DNA from: Candidatus Humicultor tengchongensis
Lineage (GTDB): Bacteria > Sysuimicrobiota > Sysuimicrobiia > Sysuimicrobiales > Humicultoraceae
Direction: 5' to 3'
Assembly (NCBI GenBank): GCA_031459715.1
Contig: JAVKIA010000008.1
Coordinates: forward strand, 5,186-69,185
DNA: 64,000 nt
Position 1 is the stretch's first letter; every line of letters begins with the position of its first letter. Below, in pieces: positions 18,731 to 28,364 of the stretch. Both the position numbers and the translations under genes were made by a program. Below the pieces are notes generated by a model that saw only the letters and a program-made list of their open reading frames with translations, did no database searches and was not told where the DNA came from.

Positions 18731-19154
18731 CCGGGACGTCGTGGTCAGGAAGATCACGCTCATCGGCGAAGACCTGCTCCGCCTGCGCCCGCTGGCCGAG
18801 CTCTCTCCGGAGGAGTACCTGTCGCGCCTCGAGAGTCAGCTGGCCGCCGAGCGGCTGCTGGAGCGGATGATCGGGAGGATGCTGGACGTCAACTATCACA
18901 TTGCGCTGGAGACACGCGGCGTCGCTCCGCGCGACTTCTTTGATTCCTTCCTCAAGCTGGCCGAACTGCAGGTGCTGCCGCCCGAGTTTGCCCGCCGCAT
19001 CGCCCAGGCCGCCGGACTGCGCAACCGGCTGGCCCACGAATACAACGAGATCGATCCGGGCAAGGTCCACCAGGCCGCCCGGGCGGCACTTGCCGACATC
19101 CCTCTCTACCTGGAGCACGTGCAGCGGTTTCTTGACTCCCTGCCGCATCGCTGA
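18720..19154 (+). CDS. hepT: HEPN/DUF86 toxin (HepT-like)
   Basis: GLRNRLAHEYNEID is the Rx4-6H HEPN RNase motif. The ATG is at 18720 inside the mntA 3' end. Confidence 0.8.
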   Translation: MPVDRDVVVRKITLIGEDLLRLRPLAELSPEEYLSRLESQLAAERLLERMIGRMLDVNYHIALETRGVAPRDFFDSFLKLAELQVLPPEFARRIAQAAGLRNRLAHEYNEIDPGKVHQAARAALADIPLYLEHVQRFLDSLPHR

Positions 19155-19315
19155 CCCCGGCCGACAGGCGGAAGGGCCGGACCGCAGGGCGGCTCACGGA
19201 GGCGTTCCGAGAAGGAGTAGAGGCACGCCTCCGCGAATCCGGGTGCGCAAGATGGGAGTGGCAGCGATCCGCCCCGTGAGCCCTTCCGTTGCCCCGCCCC
19301 TCCCACCGCCCGCAG

Positions 19316-20701
19316 ATGGCCCCTGAGACCGGCACTGACCCCCACGTGGTCGCCTGGCTGCTCACCGGCGGGGTGAAACGCCAGACCCTGGTGAAGCTTG
19401 CCGGCCGCCTCGGCCTGACATTCCCCGGCACCCGGTTGAGCACCCTGCCTCCCGATGTGATCGCCGACGCCCTGGTGGACCGGTGGGACGAGCCCGATGT
19501 CCGCCGCGCCGTTGTCGAGGTCCTGAACCGATCGCTGCCGGACGAGCGTGCCGGTGTGGCCCGTGCCGGCACCGACGAGGAGGCGCTGAAGAACCTCGTC
19601 CGGGAGGTCATCCACGCCTCGGACCCAGGCCGCCTGGACGGGCTGATCTGGGCCCTGGCGCAGAGCCCCCACGAGGTGCCCCGGGGGCTGGCCAGGGGCC
19701 TTATCCACTCCCTCGAGCACATGGCGCTGCACCAGGAGGTCTCCTCCGCCTACGCTCAGGTAGATGACGCGGAGTCCGCCCACGCCGAGGCCCTGACCGA
19801 CCTGCGGGTGACCCGCCAGGAGTTGCGCCGCTCTGAGCGCGAACGCGACCGGCTCGCCCGCTCAAACGCCGACCTGAGCCGCAGGCTGGTTCAGGCAACG
19901 GCAGAGCTGCGGGCGGCCGCCTCGGAGCGGAAGGCGCTGCAGCGTGAGCTGGCCAGGCTCCGCCGTCAGCTCGACGAGGCCCGGGAGGCCGTAGCCACCC
20001 GCCTGGCCGGGGCAGCAGAACTGGCCCGCCTGCAGGAGGGATTGGAGGCCGCGCGTCAGGCTGAGGCCACCTGGCGCGCCCGGGTGGACGAAGTCGACGC
20101 GGAGCGCCGGCGGCTGCTGGCGGATCTCGAGGAGATGAGCCGCTGGCTCCACCGGCTGCCTGGTCGGCGGGAGGACCGCGACGTGCGTGTGGCAGTATTC
20201 CTGGACGGCGAGAACCTGCTCTACAGCGCCCGGGCGGCCTTCGGCGAGCGTAGCCAGGTTTCCCTGAGCCGGATCCTGGCTGCGGCCACGCGCGACCGTA
20301 CCCTGACGGAGGCAGTGGCCTACGTGGGCCGCCTCCCGGTGGAGGGCGTCTGGGAGCCGCCGCAGCCGACCCTGGCCGACTACCAGCCGCCCTACCGCGT
20401 CCGCTTCCAGCGTCCCATCAAGCGCGAGGGCGCCACGTGGAGCGGCAACTGGGACGTGGGCATCGCCGTGGACATCCTCACCCGCGCGGGCGGGGTGGAT
20501 GCCATCGCACTGGCCAGCGGCGACGGCGACTTCCTGCCGCTGCTGGTCTACTGCAGGCGGCATGGGATCCGCACCGAGGTGCTGGCCTTTCCGGGATCCG
20601 CTTCCAGCGCCCTGGCCCTGGCCGCCGATCACTACCAGGAACTTGGCCCCGACGTCCTCTGGGCGGCCGAGGAGGTGTCGGGAAGCATTCCCACGAGGTA
20701 A
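19316..20701 (+). CDS. Coiled-coil protein with a C-terminal NYN/LabA-like nuclease domain
   Basis: VAVFLDGENLLYSA, SGNWDVGIAVD and ALASGDGDFLPLL carry the conserved NYN/DUF88 acidic residues. A coiled coil of about 120 aa lies upstream (ELRRSERERDRLARSNADLSRRL...). The start is ATG 19316, or TTG 19289. Confidence 0.7.
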   Translation: MAPETGTDPHVVAWLLTGGVKRQTLVKLAGRLGLTFPGTRLSTLPPDVIADALVDRWDEPDVRRAVVEVLNRSLPDERAGVARAGTDEEALKNLVREVIHASDPGRLDGLIWALAQSPHEVPRGLARGLIHSLEHMALHQEVSSAYAQVDDAESAHAEALTDLRVTRQELRRSERERDRLARSNADLSRRLVQATAELRAAASERKALQRELARLRRQLDEAREAVATRLAGAAELARLQEGLEAARQAEATWRARVDEVDAERRRLLADLEEMSRWLHRLPGRREDRDVRVAVFLDGENLLYSARAAFGERSQVSLSRILAAATRDRTLTEAVAYVGRLPVEGVWEPPQPTLADYQPPYRVRFQRPIKREGATWSGNWDVGIAVDILTRAGGVDAIALASGDGDFLPLLVYCRRHGIRTEVLAFPGSASSALALAADHYQELGPDVLWAAEEVSGSIPTR

Positions 20702-20788
20702 TGCTCCTTACCCGTCGCTCTCCCACACCAGGGGCATCTCCCACCTGGTGTCCGGCGGTGACCGACCAGGTTGCCAGCAGCGCTGAGG

Positions 20789-21736
20789 TCAGGGGCGGCC
20801 GGCCGGGGCGTCCAGCGTCGGCGGGGCCGGGACCTCCTCCAGGAGCGTCCGGATAATGCCGGCGGCGGGGCCCGTCTCCGGCCGGACGAGCATCCGGTGG
20901 GCGAGCACGGGGACCGCCAGCGCCTTGATGTCGTCGGGCAGCACGAATTCCCGCCCGGCGGCTGCCGCTCGCGCCTGCGCCACCCGCAGGAGGGCGATCC
21001 CCGCTCGCGGGCTGCACCCCAACACCACACCGGGCGCGGTGCGCGTGGCCGCGAGAATCTGCAGGGCGTAGCGGCGCACTGCCTCGCTGACGAACACCGC
21101 GCGCACCTCCCGTTGCATGGCCACCACTCCCTCGGGAGTGAGCACCGGCGCCAGATCGTCGATGGGATGGCGCGCCACGTGCGTGCCCAGCATCTGGAGC
21201 TCGTCCTCGAAGCCGGGGTAGCCCAGGGAGGTGGCCACGGTGAACCGGTCGAGCTGCCCCTCGGGCAGAGGGTAGATGCCGTGGTGCTCCGTGGGGTTGA
21301 GGGTGGCCAGCAGGAAGAAGGGCTGGGGGAGCGGATGAGTGCGGCCGTCCACGGTCACCTGGCCTTCGTCCAGCGGCTCGAGGAAGGCGGCCTGCGTGCG
21401 CGGGGTGGCCCGGTTCAGCTCGTCGGCCAGGACCACGTTGGCGAAGATGGGCCCGGGGACGAAGCGTAGCTCCAAGGCCCGCTGGTCGACTACGGAGCTG
21501 CCGGTGATGTCAGCGGGCAAGAGGTCGGGGGTGCACTGGATGCGGGAGACCTCTCCGCCGATGGAGCGGGCCAGGGCCCGCGCCAGCATCGTCTTGCCTA
21601 CCCCGGGGACGTCCTGCAGGAGGACATGCCCGCCGGCCAGCAGCGCCGTGACCACCAGCTCCACGGGCTCGCGCTTGCCGACGATGACGCGCTCGATGTT
21701 GTCGACGAGGCGCCGGGCGTCAGTGGCAACCCTCAT
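20789..21736 (-). CDS. moxR: MoxR-family AAA+ ATPase
   Basis: VLLQDVPGVGKTMLARALA (Walker A) and NVVLADELNRATPRTQAAFLEPLDEGQVTV (Walker B / sensor) are present. ATG at 21736 follows GAAGGAGA. Confidence 0.9.
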   Translation of the reverse strand: MRVATDARRLVDNIERVIVGKREPVELVVTALLAGGHVLLQDVPGVGKTMLARALARSIGGEVSRIQCTPDLLPADITGSSVVDQRALELRFVPGPIFANVVLADELNRATPRTQAAFLEPLDEGQVTVDGRTHPLPQPFFLLATLNPTEHHGIYPLPEGQLDRFTVATSLGYPGFEDELQMLGTHVARHPIDDLAPVLTPEGVVAMQREVRAVFVSEAVRRYALQILAATRTAPGVVLGCSPRAGIALLRVAQARAAAAGREFVLPDDIKALAVPVLAHRMLVRPETGPAAGIIRTLLEEVPAPPTLDAPAGRP

Positions 21737-21930
21737 GGGCGAGGTCTCCTTCACCACGTAGACTGGCGGGGCGGGCTGGCTCCGATCAGCCGGCTCTGCT
21801 CCGACCAGAAGCCGGCGGCCCCTGAATTCTATGCCCAACGGGCCGATCCTTTCTGTCGGGCCCAGGGCGTGGGGACGCCGGCGGTATCCCCACCGGACTC
21901 CCGCGGCTCGGATCGGGCGTCGTGTTATGC

Positions 21931-21959
21931 TTGAAAAGCTACTGGGTGCCGGTTATCTT
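21931..21959 (+). promoter_or_regulatory. Candidate sigma-70-type promoter (TTGAAA-17 nt-TATCTT)
   Basis: Read directly. The -35 is at 21931-21936 and the -10 at 21954-21959. It would place the transcription start after GTG 21962, favouring GTG 21989 as the CDS start. Confidence 0.3.
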
Positions 21960-21988
21960 GCGTGGCAGGCGGCATCCGAGGAGAGGCG

Positions 21989-22396
21989 GTGCTGGAGGCG
22001 AGGGTTGGGCGGCTGGAATCGTCACTGCAGCGCCTGGCAGAGGCGCTGGAACAGCTGGCAGTCCGTATGGACCAGCTGGCAGCTCATGTCGATCGCCTCG
22101 CCCTGCGTGTCGACCGGATAGACCAGCGGCTTGCGTGGCTGAGCGGCGATGCCCTGGAGCGCCGGTATCGCGAGCGGGCTCACAGCTACTTCCAGGGCAT
22201 CCTCACCCGGATCCAGGTGGTGCCGGCTGACGCAGAGCGCGCAGCAAGACGGGCTGCGCTCCTTGAGCGCGCCATGGAGGTCCCCGTCATTCCGGCGGTG
22301 GCGGGAGAGCAGATCCTGCCAGATGCCGAAGCGGAGGCCAAAGCCGCACGTGTGTGGTGTGTCCTGGACGGGAGGGCCGAACCGCCGCCAGCCTAA
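21989..22396 (+). CDS. Hypothetical coiled-coil protein
   Basis: The ORF has the heptad-like repeat LEARVGRLESSLQRLAEALEQLAVRMDQLAAHVDRLALRVDRIDQRL. GAGGAGAGG precedes GTG 21989. No recognisable catalytic motif. Confidence 0.4.
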   Translation: MLEARVGRLESSLQRLAEALEQLAVRMDQLAAHVDRLALRVDRIDQRLAWLSGDALERRYRERAHSYFQGILTRIQVVPADAERAARRAALLERAMEVPVIPAVAGEQILPDAEAEAKAARVWCVLDGRAEPPPA

Positions 22397-22408
22397 GGCG
22401 ATTACCCG

Positions 22409-22906
22409 TCACCGGCGACGTCTCTTCCCCCAGGTCCAGACATTGTGCACCCAGTAGTTGAACACGCCTCCTGTGCCGATCGCCACAAGGTTAGCAAGAA
22501 ACAGCCGGGTGCCGAGAACCTCGACCAGTACCGTCAGGACAGCCAGGTAGATGAGGTTGCCTCCGCCGGTGGTCACGTAGTAGCGGACCAGACGCCCCGC
22601 AACCACACGCAGGTCGGACGAGCGCCGGTCCGACCACGTGAAGAAGTTGTTCAGGATGAAGTTCGTGAACGTGGACAGCGCCGCAGCCAGGACACCTGCG
22701 AGCGTGGTCTGGAGATACAGACCGGCCGTGCTCGCCCAGACAACCAGTGTGTTCACGCCGACCCCGGTAACGCCGACCAGGAGAAATCGCACGGGCCGCA
22801 CGTCCAACACTGTCAGCCAGCGAACGGTGGCCTGTACGGTGGGCACCAGTCTTCTGGGATAAGCCAAGGTCAGAGTCCCGTTGCCTTCCCGGCCGGCCGT
22901 CTGCAC
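22409..22906 (-). CDS. GtrA-family membrane protein (polyprenol-P-sugar handling)
   Basis: RFLLVGVTGVGVNTLVVW...FTNFILNNFFTW...FNYWVHNVWTW gives a four-TM GtrA pattern. Confidence 0.8.
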   Translation of the reverse strand: MQTAGREGNGTLTLAYPRRLVPTVQATVRWLTVLDVRPVRFLLVGVTGVGVNTLVVWASTAGLYLQTTLAGVLAAALSTFTNFILNNFFTWSDRRSSDLRVVAGRLVRYYVTTGGGNLIYLAVLTVLVEVLGTRLFLANLVAIGTGGVFNYWVHNVWTWGKRRRR

Positions 22907-22910
22907 GGAC

Positions 22911-24353
22911 TTACCGCTGCGAGGTGAGGACAGCAGACGCTGCGGCCTCCTTCCCCGACCTCTCCAGCGCCACTGCGATCCCTGCCAGGGTCCAGAAAAC
23001 GTTGGCCGGGCCGATGTGGCTCCAGGCGGACTGAAGCCACAGGAAGTATCCGGCCAGACCGGCCAAAATCCCTGCAGCCACGGCCCTGTGCTCGCCGCTG
23101 TGGCGGACGGCTGCGAGGAGCGCCTTGAGGACCACGGCCCAGATCCACAGGTACGCAGCCAGCCCGAGTAGACCCGTGCTGAAAGCTATGTGCAGGATCT
23201 CATTGTGAGCGGTGTCGATACCCGACAAGGCAAATCCGTAGATCTCAAAGTATTCCTTTGACCCGATGCCGGGCAGCCGTCCGGCGAGATTAGAGAACCC
23301 CCAGCCAAAGATCGGACGCTGGGCGATGAGGGGGAGGATATTCTTCCACACAAACAGCTTCATCCGCAACGACCCGTCCTGAGAGCTGACCCCTCCCCTC
23401 GCCCGGCCCATCAGTTCCTCTCCGGGTCCCGTCAGGGTGAGCAAGGCAGTCACCGCCGCCAGGACACCAGCCACCAGCACCAGGCGCTTCCACGGACGTG
23501 GAAGGCGTGGGGGAACCACCAAGAGCATCCCTACGGAGAGGACCAACCCGGCAAAGGCAGCGCGGCTCGCCGAAGCAAGCAGTGCTGCGTAGGTCCCGGC
23601 GAGAGCGGTAAGCAGAATATAGCGGGCGCACCGGCGATCTGAAGCCAGTACGAAGGCGATGATGACCGGCAGAACAAGCAGTGTGTAGCCCCCCAGAAAA
23701 ATAGGGTTCCCCAGCGTGCCAAAGCTGCGCCAGCCGTGGTAAGGAAGATCCGCGGTTGGCAGAGGGAGAATACCGAAAAACACGCCGGGGTCAACGGCGC
23801 GAAATCCCAGCAGGCGTAAAGGGTCGGCGCCATAGAACTGTCCCACCGCCACGGCCGCGATCACAATCGCGCCCGCCAGACCGCCCCTGAGCACAAGCTT
23901 TGCACTGTCGGGTCTCAGCCGCGCTGCGGCCCAACCCATCAGCACATAGACGACGTAGATCAGGAGCCCGTCGCCGCGGCTGCGGGAGGGGACGAAACTG
24001 AGGAAGGACCTGGGCGACAGCACGGTCGCCAGAGAGGCTGCAAGGATGAAGACGATGAGGGGCAGGTCTAGCCGGGACCGAGAGGACAAAGCCCCTCCCC
24101 GCCAGAGGAAGTACAGCCCCAGTACCAGGACGAGCCCGGAAAGGAGCGTAAGGTCTGCCTTCATGTCATTGGTGGGCATGAGGGGGACCAGAGCTGAAAA
24201 CGCCACGATGCCCACCAGGACGGCCACCCTTCCCAGCGACTGAACGTGCGTATGCGTTTGGCTCTTCCAGCCTTTGGAAACTGCCACGGGAGACTGGCCA
24301 GCCGGCGTGCTCGCAGGCAGCATGCTCTCCACAGTGACTTGCGGTTCAGCCAT
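22911..24353 (-). CDS. O-antigen ligase-like (Wzy_C domain) membrane protein
   Basis: Ten or more TM helices and a large loop with ...SGIDTAHNEILHIAFSTGLLGLAAYLWIW, as in Wzy_C/WaaL/TfpO-type proteins. ATG at 24353 overlaps the upstream stop (ATGGCTGA). Confidence 0.7.
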   Translation of the reverse strand: MAEPQVTVESMLPASTPAGQSPVAVSKGWKSQTHTHVQSLGRVAVLVGIVAFSALVPLMPTNDMKADLTLLSGLVLVLGLYFLWRGGALSSRSRLDLPLIVFILAASLATVLSPRSFLSFVPSRSRGDGLLIYVVYVLMGWAAARLRPDSAKLVLRGGLAGAIVIAAVAVGQFYGADPLRLLGFRAVDPGVFFGILPLPTADLPYHGWRSFGTLGNPIFLGGYTLLVLPVIIAFVLASDRRCARYILLTALAGTYAALLASASRAAFAGLVLSVGMLLVVPPRLPRPWKRLVLVAGVLAAVTALLTLTGPGEELMGRARGGVSSQDGSLRMKLFVWKNILPLIAQRPIFGWGFSNLAGRLPGIGSKEYFEIYGFALSGIDTAHNEILHIAFSTGLLGLAAYLWIWAVVLKALLAAVRHSGEHRAVAAGILAGLAGYFLWLQSAWSHIGPANVFWTLAGIAVALERSGKEAAASAVLTSQR

Positions 24354-25107
24354 GCCGGTCCCCCTGCGCGGAAGCAGGCGCAACCCCGGGCCTGACAAGT
24401 AACCGCAGGTACTCGACAATAGTCCGGGCCAGCCGAATCTTGCTTCTCCCCTGCTTGCGGTCGTAGCGCAGCCGCAGAGGAACCTCTGCGATCTTTGGAT
24501 GGAACACGCTCAACTTCACCAGCAGTTCTGGCATCACCGCGAACCCCCGTGTCGCAATGAGGCTGCTACCATAACGCTCGACTGCTGCCTGGAGGAGGCG
24601 GGCGCGGTACATCCGGAAGCCGGAGGAGTAGTCCCTAACGCCGCGCAGACCAAACCGAACGGCCAGGAGGATACGGGCACCGCGGCTGAGGATGCGGCGC
24701 AGTACAGGCACACCCAACTGGTCGGCGCCCGCCACATAGCGTGAGGCAACCACAACGTCCGCCCCGCGCTCGAGTGCTGCCACCATGCCGGGAATGAGTT
24801 CAGGAGGCTGAGTGTTGTCCGCGTCCATGGTGACGATGGCATCATCCTGCCCCGCCAAAGGGAGGACCCAACGAAAGGCTGCGAGCAGGGCAGCCGGCAG
24901 TCCATGATTGTGGTCGTGCCCGAGAACCCGGATGGGAAGACGTGCGGAGAGGGCAGCCGCCACGCTCCTCGTTCCGTCAGTGCTGCCGTCATCCACCATG
25001 ACAACCCGGTACGGCTGGCCCAGGCCATTCATGGTCCGGGCGATCCCTTCCCCTAATGCCGGGAGATTTCTGGCCTCGTTGTACGCAGGGAGGACAATCC
25101 AGATCAC
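24346..25107 (-). CDS. GT2 glycosyltransferase, polyprenol-phosphate-sugar synthase-like (GtrB/Dpm1 type)
   Basis: IWIVLPAYNEARNL...YRVVMVDDGSTDGT...NHGLPAAL...VTMDADNTQ are GT2 motifs. Confidence 0.85.
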   Translation of the reverse strand: MIWIVLPAYNEARNLPALGEGIARTMNGLGQPYRVVMVDDGSTDGTRSVAAALSARLPIRVLGHDHNHGLPAALLAAFRWVLPLAGQDDAIVTMDADNTQPPELIPGMVAALERGADVVVASRYVAGADQLGVPVLRRILSRGARILLAVRFGLRGVRDYSSGFRMYRARLLQAAVERYGSSLIATRGFAVMPELLVKLSVFHPKIAEVPLRLRYDRKQGRSKIRLARTIVEYLRLLVRPGVAPASAQGDRHG

Positions 25108-26651
25108 GGCGCAGCGGAGGCCGTCCTAACTCTGGATTTCAGGAGAAACAGGTATACGCGGTGGAAATCCCGCCCCCACGTCTCGATGAAATAGGGACCG
25201 AGTATCTCGTTGAGCCGGCTCCGCGCCGGATAGCCCAGCGGCAGCGTGGCCACAATCCAGAGCCGGGGGTGGCGCCGGGCCATGGCAGCAATCTTCTCGG
25301 CGCCCAGCACGGCTTGAGCGCCTGTGACATCCGTCTTGAGAACTTCGCCAGGATCCATGGCGAGTGATTCGTTCTTGTAGGAAAGATAGTAGCGCATCAT
25401 CTCCCTGCCGATCGCGGGCACGAACAGAAGTGCATCATCCGGCTTGATGCTTGCCTCAAGGTAGCGGGAGGCTGCACGCCAGTCGCTGTATCCGGGTACT
25501 CGGTAATACTCCGCAAGCACCGGGACAGAGAACGACACGGGCAACAGCAGCAGACCCACCACTGCCAGCCAGCGATAGGACGAAAATCCCGCCGCGAGGT
25601 AGTAGATCCCGGCAGCCAGGGCAATGGCAAATACCGGCTCCAGGAACGAGAAGTACCGAGGATAGAAGATGTTCCACTTGATTGAGAAGGCGAAAGCCAG
25701 GATGACTGGAACTCCTCCCCACGAGGCGAGGAACCACGCGGAGGATGTCGCAGCTAAGATGGACAACCCATAGGCGGCCAGCAGGAGAAACGGTAACAGC
25801 AAAGGAGCGAGGGTGACGAGATCGGCCCTTCCAACCGTGAAGTAGGTCCCCATGCCGAACAGGCGGCCGCCAAAAGCCAGAAAACCCAGCAGATCTGTGA
25901 TGGTGTGATAGGTAAGCGGAGGTCGGAACTGGGGCCAGCCGCGACCGGAAGCGACCTGCTGCGCCACCATGGGCACCCACGGCAGGTAGAGCACGCTAAT
26001 AGCGAGTAGACACGTCGCCCAGGCAATCATCTTTCGCCGAGAGGTGTGCGTAGCGGTCAGGTACACTGCGTGCGCGGGAAGCATGAAGAAGGCAAGGTAA
26101 TGCGTGTAGAGGCTCAGTACCGTTGCGAGACCGTAGAGGGCAAGCCACCCGCGGCGATCCCCATCGAGCCATTGCAGGAGGGCCCAGGCGCCCAACCAGA
26201 TCCACACACCCAGCCACGGATACATGCGCACTTCCTGCGTCGCTTGGATGTGGAAAGGTGACGTGGCGACGATCAATGCCGCTATCAGGCCCACTGCCGG
26301 TGAGGCGAGGCGAGCCGCCACCAGGTAGGTAAGAAAGACTGTAGTGAGACCTCCAAGTATGGAGAGCAATCGAAGCGCGACCTCACTGCTGCCGACAGCC
26401 GCCATCCACAGACGGAGCGTCGCGTAGTAAAGCGGAGGATGGGTGTCGTGTTGGCCAATCAGCCGCGTGATGCCTGAAAGCGTGTGCCGGGCTACGAAAA
26501 AGCTGTAGAGTTCGTCAAAGGACAGGCTCTTCGCTTCAAGGGCATAGAGGCGGAGAACCAGCGCAAGCAAGAGAACACCGGCCAGGGCGCTGACTTGAGA
26601 CTTTAGCCACAGGGCGGGAGCCGCACGCGTTGCAGGAATGATAGGAATCAC
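25104..26651 (-). CDS. GT-C family 39/83-like membrane glycosyltransferase (PMT_2/ArnT type)
   Basis: KSLSFDELYSFFVARH...HDTHPPLYYATLRLWM has the loop-1 DE motif, followed by many TM helices. It is a paralog of the next gene. Confidence 0.8.
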   Translation of the reverse strand: MIPIIPATRAAPALWLKSQVSALAGVLLLALVLRLYALEAKSLSFDELYSFFVARHTLSGITRLIGQHDTHPPLYYATLRLWMAAVGSSEVALRLLSILGGLTTVFLTYLVAARLASPAVGLIAALIVATSPFHIQATQEVRMYPWLGVWIWLGAWALLQWLDGDRRGWLALYGLATVLSLYTHYLAFFMLPAHAVYLTATHTSRRKMIAWATCLLAISVLYLPWVPMVAQQVASGRGWPQFRPPLTYHTITDLLGFLAFGGRLFGMGTYFTVGRADLVTLAPLLLPFLLLAAYGLSILAATSSAWFLASWGGVPVILAFAFSIKWNIFYPRYFSFLEPVFAIALAAGIYYLAAGFSSYRWLAVVGLLLLPVSFSVPVLAEYYRVPGYSDWRAASRYLEASIKPDDALLFVPAIGREMMRYYLSYKNESLAMDPGEVLKTDVTGAQAVLGAEKIAAMARRHPRLWIVATLPLGYPARSRLNEILGPYFIETWGRDFHRVYLFLLKSRVRTASAAP

Positions 26652-28348
26652 CGGGTCGCCGGAGTGAAGCGCTGAGAATCCCAGCGGAACACGTAAACGT
26701 AGCCAAAGCCGACGCCGGCAGCCTCACGAAAACTGCCGGGCACCTGCTGGAGCAGCTCATGGCGCCCCTCTACCCCAATCGGCGCCGCGGCGACGATCCA
26801 CAAGCGAGGGTGGCGTAGGGCGAGCGCGGCAATCGCTCTGCTATCAGCCTCCACGCGGAAACCCACTACTTGCCTCCCCTTGAGGATTTCGCGCGGGTTA
26901 ATCGAGACCGTAGCCTGATCTCCATGGAAATAGTACTCGAATGGCAGGCGGGTGAACGCGGGCATGAACAGCAGTACGTCCTCCCGCGAAGCATGTTGGC
27001 GAACGTATGCGGCCGCTGCACGCCAGTCATGAGTCGGCGGGGCAGTGAAGTAGGCGAAAAGAGCAGGAATAGTATACGCCCCTAGAAACGCGAGCAGCCC
27101 GGCTGCTGCAGCTACGGGCCTGATGTGCCGCACCGTATGGACCGTCTGCAGAATCCCCGCAGCGACCAGCACAGAGAAGAAAGGCGTCAAGAAGGAGAAG
27201 TAGCGCTTCTGGAAGAAATTCCACTGCAGTGAGATGAGCGCCACTATTAGGAAGGGAACGAGCCAGCACGCCAGAATCAGCAGGCGTCCTCGTCTTTCTA
27301 ACCGACTCACCCCTGTCAGGACCAGCAAGATAAACGGGATAAGTGCTAACAGGGGGTAGGCTGGCTGGTCCAGACAGACCTTGGGCGGCGACGGGTCAGT
27401 GAAGCGGAGTGGACTCAGAACGCACGTTTCTGGGATTACTCCTGAATAGAAACCCTTGCGGAAGTACGTTGCCGTCCCGAACAGGCCCCCTCCGAAGCTC
27501 CACATCGCAAGTACATCAACGAGGTCGCTGAGGCGCAACGGGGGCCGAATCGACGGCCACGACCGGACCGTGGTCACCTGTGGAGGCAAACTCGGAAGCA
27601 GTGGCAGATAGGCAATCACGATGACGAGGACGCATGCAAGCCACCACTTGAGCGCAGGACCATGCCGGAGTGTCGCAACCAGGTAGACCGCATGCGCCAG
27701 CAGGACCAGCAAGGCGAAGTGATGCGTGTAGACGGCCAGGACCATCAGAGCCGCATAGGCGACCCAGTAGCGCCGCCTGCCCTCTTCTAAGCCAAGCAGG
27801 AGCGCATAGGTAGCACCCAGGGTGAAGACCCCAAGGAACGAGTACATCCGTGCTTCTTGAGATGCGGCGATGAGGTACGGCGAGGAAGCCACAATCCCTG
27901 CGGCCAGCACCCCCACGGTTGCTCCGCTGAGCCGGCGGGCCAGGAGAAAAGTGAGCGGGATCAGGACCGCCCCGGCGAGCGCAGAAGGAATGCGAATCGC
28001 AGCCTCAGTTTGGCCTGCAATCGCCATCCAGACGTGGAGAAGCATGTAATAGAAGGGTGGGTGGGTATCGTAGACACGGAGTAGCCGGGGCACATCCAAG
28101 AGGGGCTGCCGGGCGATCCAAAAACTGTATGCCTCGTCAAACCATAAGCCCTTGCTAAGGCCGTATCCCCTGAGGGCAACACCGACCGCGGCAGCCGTTG
28201 TTACCAGAAGGGGAACGATGATAACGCGAAGATCGAGGCGCAGCTTTCTCGCTGCAACCACTACATCGGATCGCGTCTCAACGAGGTGAGCGTCCATCTG
28301 TGAACACGATAACGCGGAGGGCGGGATTTGTCCCACCCTCCGCGCCAA
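26648..28348 (-). CDS. GT-C family 39/83-like membrane glycosyltransferase (PMT_2/ArnT type), immediately downstream of the pilin gene
   Basis: KGLWFDEAYSFWIARQ...YDTHPPFYYMLLHVWM. It begins 16 nt after the pilin stop. The start codon is uncertain (TTG 28348 or ATG 28297). Confidence 0.8.
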   Translation of the reverse strand: MARRVGQIPPSALSCSQMDAHLVETRSDVVVAARKLRLDLRVIIVPLLVTTAAAVGVALRGYGLSKGLWFDEAYSFWIARQPLLDVPRLLRVYDTHPPFYYMLLHVWMAIAGQTEAAIRIPSALAGAVLIPLTFLLARRLSGATVGVLAAGIVASSPYLIAASQEARMYSFLGVFTLGATYALLLGLEEGRRRYWVAYAALMVLAVYTHHFALLVLLAHAVYLVATLRHGPALKWWLACVLVIVIAYLPLLPSLPPQVTTVRSWPSIRPPLRLSDLVDVLAMWSFGGGLFGTATYFRKGFYSGVIPETCVLSPLRFTDPSPPKVCLDQPAYPLLALIPFILLVLTGVSRLERRGRLLILACWLVPFLIVALISLQWNFFQKRYFSFLTPFFSVLVAAGILQTVHTVRHIRPVAAAAGLLAFLGAYTIPALFAYFTAPPTHDWRAAAAYVRQHASREDVLLFMPAFTRLPFEYYFHGDQATVSINPREILKGRQVVGFRVEADSRAIAALALRHPRLWIVAAAPIGVEGRHELLQQVPGSFREAAGVGFGYVYVFRWDSQRFTPATR

Positions 28349-28364
28349 TCACGGCTCGAATCGA

